A stretch of 64,000 nt of DNA from Octopus sinensis. Taxonomy: Eukaryota. The notes beneath the pieces were generated by a model. The model was not told where the DNA came from. It searched no databases and saw nothing but the letters and a program-made list of their open reading frames with translations. The position numbers and the translations under genes are program-made. Below are positions 53,881 through 64,000 of the stretch, one piece after another; positions within the stretch are counted from its first letter, which is position 1; each line of letters starts with the position of its first letter. The DNA is taken from the NCBI RefSeq assembly GCF_006345805.1, contig NC_043002.1:39990001-40054000 (forward strand), in the 5' to 3' direction.

Positions 53881-54340
53881 GTTTAACGTCTGCTTTCCAT
53901 GCTGACATGGGTTGGACGGGTTGACTAAGGACTGGCAAGCCAGAGGGCTGCACCAGGCTCCAATCTGATCTGGCAAGGTTTCTACAGCTGGATGCCCTTC
54001 CTAGCGCCAACCACTCTGAGAGTTTAGTCGGTGCTTTTTACGTGCCACCGACACGAGGGTCAGTCAGGCGGCACTGGCATCGACCACGCTCAAATGGTGC
54101 TTTTTACGTGCCACCGGCAAGGGAGCCAGTCAGGTTGCACTGGCAACGACCATGCTGGAATGATGCTTTTTATGTACTACCAGCACGGGTGCCAACCAGG
54201 CGGTACTGGCATTGACCGCGACGATGATTTCATTTGACTGAACAGGTCTTCTCAAACACAATTTATTGCCCAATGATTGAAGGGTACTCTTAAATGGACC
54301 GGTAAGGTTACACTGGCATAGACTACGTTTACGGTCTCGT
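53844..54340 (-). mobile_element. RTE 3' UTR with (GAT)n tail and ~3 60-bp units (shorter copy at 53041-53250)
   Basis: Same organisation as 27993, 36422 and 36885. Confidence 0.7.
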
Positions 54341-55109
54341 GGCCTGTCTAAATAATATTGAAACTAATATTAAATAATTATGAAAAAGACAAAAATATAG
54401 AATAGAATATCCTCATTTGATCTTAATCCCGAACAAGTTACCTTGTACCATACTGCAATCGTTACTAGTAACCTGTATCTCTAAACCAAGTATAATAACC
54501 ATTTTCATTCCCGTTAAACCACTGATGTGAAAGAGCATTATTTCCTTTCGTTGGTAAATAAACCTTCCTTGCTTGATTCCAGTTGACAACGATCGAAGAT
54601 TAGACTACATGAAACGAAGTGTAGATGTAAATATTTGAAAATATTTCATCTCCGAAGATGGCGTTAACAGAAAAATATATAATCGTAAATTTATAAGTAT
54701 ATATCAAATCTGTTATTCTTCTAATATTCATCGAACTAATCAGGAATTTAGTAATCTTTAATTTGATAATCTTACTTCAAAATTTATCATTTCTAGTGTA
54801 ACTTTGTTGTCTTTAAAATAATTTATGTAAGGATTTCAGTCAGATTTAAGCCTACTTTGTCTGAGGAAATTTAAGTCTATTGATCTAAGTTTTACCATTG
54901 CATATGTAACGTAGAAGAAATTATTCAAAAAGGAGTTACTGAGTTCAATTTGGACAAGTAGCTCGCGCTTTTCTAAGCCGCGACATTGATTATTTCTATG
55001 AATAAATCGAGTTATTTCCCTTAGATCAGAATTTTTTTTTTTGCTTTTCATTTTTTCCTTGAGCTTAGTTTTCTATATTAAAATTGTAAATATATGCAAC
55101 TAGAATGAT

Positions 55110-57750
55110 TTGCGGTGCATTTTGGACATTTTGTGATGCATTTCCTTACTCTAAAGGCAAATACTAGGATTTGAGGTACATTTTATGCATTTTATGAAAC
55201 ATTTCCGTATGCTAAACAAGAATCCTAGTTTGTATGGTGCATCTTCGGACCCTGACGACGAATCTTATTTTTGTGGTGCATTTCATGAATTTTGTGGTGC
55301 ATTTCATGCATTTTTTGGTGCGTCTCATGCATTTTGTGGTGAAATTCATGCATTTTGTGGGGCATTTCGTGTGTATTTCATGCATTTTTGGTGGGTTTCG
55401 TGCATTTTTTGGTGCATTTCATGCATTTTGTGTTGCATTTCGAACATTTTGTGGTGCATTTCATGCATTTTGTGGTGCATTTCGTGGTATATTTCGCGCA
55501 TTTTTGTAGTGCATTTCATGCATTTTGTAGTGCATTTCATGCATTTCGTACACATTGTGGTGCACGTCATGCATTTTGTTATGCATTTCGAGCATTTTGT
55601 GGTGCATTTCGTATGTATTTCATGCATTTTGGTGGGATTCATGCATTTTCGTGGGGTTCATGCATTTTGTGGTGCATTTCGTACATTTTGTGGTGCATTT
55701 CGTACATTTTGTGGTGCATTTCATGCATTTTGTGATGCATCTCGAGCATTTTGTGGTGCACTTCATGCATTTTTGTGGTGCATTTCGTGCATTTTTGTGG
55801 TGCATTTCATGCATTTTGTGGTGTCGCGTTTCGTGCATTTTGTGGTGCATTTCATGCATTTCGTACACATTGTGGTGCACGTCATGTATTTTGTTATGCA
55901 TTTCGAGCATTTTGTGGTGCATTTCATGTGTATTTCATGCATTTTGGTGGGATTCATGCATTTTGTGGTGCATTTCGTGCATTTTGTGATGCATTTCGTA
56001 CATTTTGTGGTGCATTTCATGCATTTTGTGGTGCATTTCGAGCATTTTGTGGTGCATTTCATGCCTTTTTGTGGTGCATTTCCTGCATTTTTGTGGTGCA
56101 TTTCATGCATCTTGTGGTGCCGCGTTTCATGCATTTTGTGGTGTATTTCAGGTATTTCGTACACATTGTGGTGCACGTCATGCATTTTGTGGTACATTTC
56201 ATGTATTGTGTGGTGCATTTCATGCATTTTGGTGGTGTATTTCGTGCATTTTTGTGGTGCATTTCGTACACATTCTGGTGCATGTCATGCATTTTGTGGT
56301 GCATTTCCAGCATTTTGTGGTGCATTTCATGCATGTTGTGGTGCATTTCGTGCATTTTGTGGTGCATTTCGTGCATTTCATGCATTTCGTACACATTGTG
56401 GTGCATGTGATGCATTTTGTCGTGCATTTTGTGGTGGATTTCATGCATTTTGTGGTGCCGCCTTTCGTGCATTTTGTGGTGCATTTCATGCATTTCGTAC
56501 ACATTGTGGTGCACGTCATGTATTTTGTGGTGCATTTCGAGACTTTTGTGGTGGGTTTCATGCATTTTGTGGTGCATTTCGTGCTATTTGTGGTATATTG
56601 TGTGTGCATTTCATGCATTTTGTGGTGGGTTTCATGCATTTTGTGGTGCATTTCGTGCTATTTGTGGTGTATTGTGTGTGCATTTCATACATTTTGTGGT
56701 GCATTTCAATGCATTTTGTGGTGCATTTCATGCATTTCGTGGTGCATTTCGTGCATTTTTTGGTGCATTTCATGCATTTTGTGGTGGATTTCGTGCATTT
56801 TGTGGTGGATTTCGTGCATTTTGTGATGCCGCCGCCTTTCGTGCATTTTGTGGTGCATTTCATGCAGTTCGTATACATTGTGGTGCGTGTCATGCATTTT
56901 GTGGTGCATTTTTTAGTGCACTTCGTGCATTTTGTGGTGGATTTCGTGCATTTTGTGGTGGATTTCATGCATTTTGTGGTTCCGCCTTTCGTGCATTTTG
57001 TGGTGCATTTCATGCATTTAGTACACATTGTGATGCACGTCATGCATTTTGTGGTGCATTTCATGCATTTTGTGGTGGGTTTAATGCATTTTGTGGTGCA
57101 TTTCGTGCATTTTGTGGTGCATTTCGTGGTGTATTGTGTGTGCATTTCATACATATTGTGGTGCATTTCATGCATTTTTTGTGTATTTCGTGCATTTTGT
57201 GGTGCATTTCGTGCTATTTGTGGTGTCTTGTGTGTGCATTTCATGCATTTTGTGGTGCATTTCATGCATTTTGTGGTGCGTTTCATACATTTTGTGATGC
57301 ATTTCATGCATTTTGCAGTGCATTTCCTTATTCTAAAAACTAATCCTAGTTTTTGTGGTGCATTTTGTGATGCATTTCCTTACCCTAAAGGCAAGTCCTA
57401 TTTTTGTGGTGCATTAGGTGCATTTTGTGATGCATTTTGTAGTGCATATCCTAAACCTAAAGACAAATCTTAGATTTTGTAGAGCTTTTTGTAGTGCATT
57501 ATGTGCATTCTCTTAGCCTAAAGACTACGACACATTTTGTGCAGTTTGTGATACATTTCCTTACTTTGAAGATGAATCCTAGTTTTTGTGGTGTATTTCC
57601 TTACCCTAAATACGAATCCTAGTTTTTGTGGTTCATTTTTTGTATTTTGTGGAGCAGTTCCTTACCTTAAAGATGAATTCTAGTTTTGTGGTGCATTTTT
57701 GTGCATTCTGTGGTGCATTTTCATGCAAGTCTTTTTTGTGATGCATTTTG
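55110..57750. repeat. Satellite/minisatellite, 21-bp unit TGCATTTTGTGGTGCATTTCR, bracketed by longer related units
   Basis: About 2 kb of 21-mers (12+9 sub-units, both starting TGCATTT). The flanks carry TTTCCTTACCCTAAAGAYGAATCCTAGTTTTTGTGG variants. Confidence 0.95.
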
Positions 57751-58490
57751 TTTTTGTTGTTCTAGACTGACAGTTTTTGTTTGTTTTTTCGTGGCTGGTA
57801 GTGCAATATATGGAATCACAAATGAAAGGCCTAACATTTCGTATGAAGTTTAGCCCTGTAGCATATTAAACAATTCCAATATTCTACCCGTTTTATGCTC
57901 AAGCCTGTCAGCTATAGCCTTTTCTATCTATCCTACAATTTCATTCTAGAAATAAATAATCACATTATTGAAACCTCAAAGCTACAAGATAATGCATGAT
58001 TAAATTCAAAAGATTTCTTCAATTTTATTGATCAAGGAGATACTATATTATAAGCATGAGGTGTCTGAGTTAAGTGTGAATGAATGCCATGCTTGTGTAG
58101 AGATGGTTAAAGGGAGGTATAGATCTACAGCAAAAGGTATAGCTATGGCTGTGTGGTTAAGATGTTTGCTTCACAAACCAGTATAATTTCAGGTTCAAAT
58201 CCACTGCATGGAACCTTGGCCAAGTGTCTTTTACTACAGTCCCGGTTGACCAATGCTTTCTGAATTAATTGGGTAGACAGAAATTGTGTGGAACCACATT
58301 ATGTATGTGTGTGCTGATGGTGGTGGTGGTGGTGGTGGTGGTGGTATTACAGAAATTGTAAAATTATTGCACACGCACATATATGCACAAACACATATCT
58401 TTGCAAAATAAACCAGTGTTCTGGTCATGGTAACAACTGTATGTTTATGTCCTATTTAATTTCTTTATAATTACTCCTCATTAGTAGTAA

Positions 58491-58536
<46 letters not shown>

Positions 58537-59464
58537 TATCTCATATTTTGTTGTATTTATCTTTTATAGATAATAATTAATTGTAAAAGCATTAGGCAGC
58601 TACTGACCTATCACTCTCATTTTTATTAAGCCTTAAGTGGTCACTGAACTGGCTAAAAGTAGCAGCCAAATATCCCTCAAACTTTGCACTGCTGTCTTAA
58701 AAAAAGCAAAGGACACTTTGGATAATTTAGTCCAGAAATAAATAACAAGATGGTCATGGTTAGAATGTCTTTGAGCATAGATATGCTCGACCAGGGCTAA
58801 ACAACAACATAACAAGTTGTAAACAAGCTTCTCTCTCTCTCTCTTTCACCCTTCACTTTCTCACACACACATGCACACCAGAGATCCAGATTATATTACA
58901 ACAGACTGGGAAATTATCAGAATCTAAATGACACTCCTATTTCAGTGGGGTTTTTTTTGTTTTGTTTTTTTGCTTCATTTGTACCTATCTGTTTTAGTGT
59001 GTACTCCTAGATTACCAATTAAACCAAGTCCCATGCGTGAAATGCAGTGCAGTTATAGAATCATGTTATACAATAACTGCTTGAACTGCATGTCAATAGG
59101 CAACATTATTTGTACAGCCATTTGACCTGCTACAAATAGCTTCTAAATTTTCCTCAAATTATAATGGTGTCTTGCAAAAGCTTGGATGTATTGGATCATG
59201 TTATCTAAGATGTGCAACTCTCAAGTGAAAGATGAGATGGTCATAACTGGAATGCTTTTGACATAATTGTTCTCAGTCAAGTGTGTGGAGGAGGGGTTGC
59301 TAAACAACATCTGTCACAACAACTATTTATGGTACAAATTTCCAATACTCATGCAGTCAACACAAAGAGTCTTTTAATAAAAATGAGTTCTGTTCACCAC
59401 CATAAAAACATGGCATTGAATTCCGCAATGTAGGCTACCAAATCTTTTATGTTATAATAATTCT

Positions 59465-60133
59465 TATTTCTTTATTGCCCACAAGGGGCTTAACACAGAG
59501 GGGACAAACAAGGACAGACAAAGGGATTAAGTCGATTACATCGACCCCAGTGTGTAACTCGTACTTAATTTATCAACCCTGAAAGGATGAAAGGCAAAGT
59601 CAACCTTGGCGGAATTTGAACTCACAACGTAACGGCAGACGAAATACCGCTAAGCATATCGCCCAGCATGCTAATGTTTCTGCCAGCTCGCCGCCTTATA
59701 AGAGACAGACGAAATACCTACTTCTTTACTACCCACAAGGGGCTAAACACAGAAGGGACAAACAAGGACAGACAAATGGATTAAGTCGATTATATCTACC
59801 CCAGTGCGTAACTGGTACTTATTTAATCAACCCCAAAAGGATGAAAGGCAAAGTCGACCTTGGTGGAATTTGAACTCAGAACATAGCAGCAGATGAAACA
59901 CCTATTTCTTTACTACCCACAAGGGGCTAAACACAGAGAGAACAAACAAGGACAGACAAACAGATTAAGTCAATTACATCAACCCCAGTACATAACTGGT
60001 ACTTATTTAATCGACCCCGAAAGGAGGAAAGGCAAAGTCGATCTCAACTGAATTTGAACTCAGAACGTAATGGCAGACGAAATACGGCTACGCACTTCGC
60101 CCAGCATGCTAACAATTCTGCCAGCTCGCCGCC
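59465..60133 (-). mobile_element. Head-to-tail trimer of Meta/MESC-domain SINE inside one TSD
   Basis: Three ~180-230-bp copies. Flanking direct repeat TTTATGTTATAAWAATTCT at 59446-59464 and 60135-60153. Confidence 0.85.
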
Positions 60134-61734
60134 ATTTATGTTATAAAAATTCTGCTTATCACTCTGTTACTTAGCCCGTGGGTTATGCTTTCACATAATT
60201 AGAGAAAAAGAAGGAGAAAGAAAAGAAGGACGGAGAAGTGTCCAAGACATGAGGTCTGTAATTGTAATGCTTTCATGTGATTATTAGAAGGGAAAGAGAG
60301 GAGAAAGAAAAAGGAAAGAGGATAAAGCAAAGAGTGAGAAAGAAGGAGTAAGCAAAGGAGGGAGAAAGAAGTGTCTTAGACATAAGGTAGGGAGAATGTA
60401 ATATTTAGTACATGGTTAAAGAAGTTAGGTGAAGGTAGTGATGATACAGAGGAGGAGAGTTTAAAATATGGCTTTAGCAGAGGAGTGAGGTTAAAGAAAG
60501 GCAGAGAGAGGGGGTGGGTGGTGGTGGTGGTGAAAAAAAAAAACTTTGGTCGTCTTGTTGTAGTCAAGGGCTCTTCGTTGACGCCTGACACCACTGGGAG
60601 GTCGCTGGAAATTGAGATCTCCAGGTCCAAATTCTTGAACAGCTGCTGCTGCTGCTGCTGGTGATTGAATAGTGAAAAGTGAATTTTTTTTTTAATTGAA
60701 CTAAGCTTGTTATATCACCTATCACTTAATGCATGCACATAAGTGCAACTCCATGAAATATTCACGCTTATTAATGTGGCAGATATATGCAAATCAGCTA
60801 AAGGTTGTACCATATGTACAGGGTATTTTTTTTGTTGTTTATGGAAAAATGGAAAAATAAGAGTGAATATTTATTTTATGATTGCTTTGTATTAAGTCTA
60901 TAAAAATGTGTATAAAGTATATAAAGTGTATATATAAAGTGCATTAAGTAATCATCATATTCCAATTTCTTTCACTTTTCAATGAACAGCAGATGAGTAG
61001 CTATCTTTCCATTCAGACACAACACAGGTCACGTTTTCAGGTTTTTTGGATAAAGTTTTCAGAAATAACCCAATAGGTTTACCATTAATTTTGTGAAATA
61101 TTCACAGGTCCGATTAGTCATTATCATCATTTAACATCCATTTTCCCCACTGGCATGGTTTGAACAGTTTGACAGAATCCAGCAAACCAAAGAGCTTCTA
61201 TCATGCTCCAATGTCAGGTTTGGCATGTCTTCTGCACCAACTTCATTACAGTCTGTACTAGGCGCAACACTACTGAAATCGTCAAGTAATTTGCAAGACA
61301 GAAAAAGAAGGGAGAAGGGAAAAGCTCTCATGACTAAGTAGAGTGGGGAATGTTAGGAGTAAGGGAGGTGCCTTTATGCCAGGCGTTGGTGTTTTGCTAC
61401 AGAATGGAGATACATGATTATCTCACATTATATAAGGGTGAGTAGTAGTAACTGGAAAGAAGGTAAAGATGTTTGAGATGAGGTGCCAAAACACACTCTC
61501 AAGATACAAGAAGGTGAGCATAAGAGAAGATAGTCAGTGGAACAGAGAGGAATGGGAAGTGGAGTAATTCCATAAGAGCATGAGGGGAGAGTTACAGGTG
61601 GTTAAAGATGGAGATAGAGATGACTGTAGTGATTACTGAGGAAGGCTAATACCTGTTAATTAATTCTACAATATTACCATGATGTATATAATTACCACTA
61701 TATATCATTATGTTTATAGTTTCAGTAACAAGCT

Positions 61735-62060
61735 AGGGTAAAAAGGTAAAGACCCCCTTCAGTCATGAATGACCATTGTATTGCACCAGAAAGTTTCCCT
61801 CCAAGGCACAAGTCCAGGCAAGGTTGTTTATGAAAGACCAGCAGTTGCCTCTTCATGCCACTGATGTTATCCAGGAGAAAGGCAGAGGCTGATACAGCTT
61901 GGCACCAGTGATGTTGCAACTCATTTCTACAGCTGAGTGAACTGGAGCAACATGAAATAAAATGTCTTGCTTAAGAACACAACCCACAGCCCAGTCTGGA
62001 AATTGAACTCACCACCTCCTTATTATGAACCCAACACTCTAACCACTGAGCCATGTGCCT
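61735..62060 (-). mobile_element. tRNA-headed SINE, CCTTTA-tailed family
   Basis: Homologous to 19080-19410. Confidence 0.7.
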
Positions 62061-63559
62061 ATAACTATAAATATCACCATGGTATATGGTTAGAGTTTGA
62101 TAGTCTGAGCTAATGGAAACTTATGTGTTTTGTTCATGGATACTACACAGCACCTGCAATAGTATTGCTTAGTCTTGGATCCACAACTCCTGATTGAGCT
62201 GTAGGGGCACATGTTGGCTATAGCCAGAAGACTTTTAATCAGAGGTTTGCTCAGTCAGGGCTAAATCAAGGATAAACAACATCTTCCACCACCACCTTGC
62301 AAATAATACCCTATTCACTCCTCCTTAATCCTTAATCAAGTAAAAAATAGACACCACACATCTGATATGCACTACTTCCATCAACAAAAATCAAGAAAAC
62401 AATCTCTAATGGTGACACAACAATACAGCCTACTTAAACAATATGAAGATACAATCACTTCACATAGCAAGAAAACACTCTTGCCCAACACACAATCAAC
62501 AAATACACACATAAACCTCCAAAGCTTGCTAAAAATGATTTGCTTCGCACCACTCGATGATCTCTCAAGGCAACCTCACAAACATGACATTTCCAAAATA
62601 TTTCAAAGACAAGGATTTATACAAAGAACAAGAGGTGACCTATATTAGTGATTAATTATCTGGTGTGGTGCTGCTGATACTAAAGACAACTATTAAAGAC
62701 TGCAGCACCTCTCTTCCCTCCAAAAAGAGGCAAAGATTTTTTTAAAAAAAACAGCAAAGATTAGGAAAGATTAGAAAATATCTGTCACTAAGACACTACA
62801 ATCCCTGGCTTAGTGAATCAATGGGAGAGCTTCTATGTAGCCATTTCACCCTAGAAATATCATCCAAATATCCAAATCGCACTCCAGTTATCTTAGAAAA
62901 TCACACATAGAATAATGTGGTCCTGAGTTTCCTGCTAATAGAAAAAAATGCAGGATGGTCACAGTTAGATTATCTTTGATCATAGATCAATGAGGACTGG
63001 CCTGTGTTTAAACAATGACAACAACAATAACAGCAACAACCACTTACTGAGATGTGTATTACGTTTCCTCTCAGACTTTTCTAGTGCTATTGTTACAATG
63101 ATGTCCTTCAGAGTTCAAATGCTGCCAAGGTCAACTCTGCACTTCATCCTTTTAGCATTGATCAAAGTACCAGTCAAGCACTAAAGGCCCCACCTATCTT
63201 ACCTATCTCCAGGGCCCCACCTCACTAAACGTTTTTTTCCCCTAAACATTTTTTTCCACCAACTCTTCTTACCCAAAACTTCTGTAACTTAATGCAACTT
63301 ACTGCTCTCATTTGTTTCATGATTACAGATAAGTTTACTGCCATCAATTCACTGTGAAGAAAGTTCACCATGAAGAAAATTCACTGCAAGGGAAGTTTAC
63401 CTAGAAAATGTATCCATAGTATCTCACCTTTAATCTTTAAAAGCTATTTTATTGCTAAAAAAATTGTGAATTGATGAGTGAATTGATGATGGTGAACTTA
63501 CTGGACATGTTTCCCCACAGGCATCAGTTTATAGCAGTTGAACATGATCATCAACCTTC

Positions 63560-64000
63560 ACAAACTCACAACTGTAAGAGAGGCATCGTTTCCCATTCAA
63601 ACTGTTCCAGGCTTTGGAATGTCATCCTTGCTGTATGTGACAGCATCATCTTGATGGAAGAACACCTTTCATCTTGAAACCAAAGATGATCATTTTTCTT
63701 CTAGCGCTGATTTAAGCCACTCAAACTACTAGCAGTAGATCTCCTTTATTATCGTTTAGTTTGGATTTAAAAGTTCAAAGTGGATTAAACCTTTCATATC
63801 CCACCAAACAGATAACACTTTATGTGGGTGAAGACCTTCTTTAGCCTGGGGTACCAATGTTTCTTCTTTCCCAACCCACTATCTTCAGTGCTTAACATTT
63901 TTATAGAGAACCCATTTCTTGTCACCAGTCACTGTTCAGTCCAAAAAGGTTCATTCATGAGATGTGACAAGAAAGAAGAGCACATATTCACTCTCTGCTT
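63560..64000 (-). pseudogene. Decayed mariner transposase fragment (runs off the window)
   Basis: Minus translation VTGDKKWVLYKN, LHPHKVLSVWWDMKGLIHFELL and FFHQDDA, with many stops. Confidence 0.8.

Noticed and set aside
55185-57473. 762-aa His/Phe/Val- or Cys-rich protein
   Set aside because: The ORF arises because the 21-bp satellite lacks stop codons. The peptide switches among the three repeat phases, and overlapping ORFs exist on both strands.

Overview
AT-rich, repeat-dominated eukaryotic DNA that is intronic or intergenic. The SINE families, (GAT)n-tailed RTE LINE ends and dense (TA)/(CA)/(TACA) microsatellites look like those of Octopus or another coleoid cephalopod; this is an inference, not checked by search. 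No intact host protein-coding gene is recognisable, and almost all ORFs in the track are microsatellite or satellite artefacts. The supported features are: a near-intact DD34D mariner with 37-bp TIRs; decayed pogo, Tc1/maT and a second mariner transposase; RTE and CR1-group LINE fragments; a Gypsy LTR-PBS-gag fragment, a Gypsy pol fragment and a solo LTR; non-autonomous Helitrons and Helentron-type elements; hAT and piggyBac MITEs; many tRNA-derived SINEs; a 2.6-kb 21-bp satellite; and a 100-N gap. Items worth follow-up are several hammerhead-ribozyme-like motifs in Penelope-like short repeats, a SINE trimer inside one target-site duplication, a ~60-bp hairpin VNTR carried in the RTE 3' UTR, a 245-bp near-perfect palindrome, a candidate 12-nt microexon, and a recurring GAGTTAYYTCCCTT motif in Helitrons and in a CpG-retaining promoter-like zone at 51-55 kb. 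Element boundaries not anchored by a TIR or TSD are approximate.
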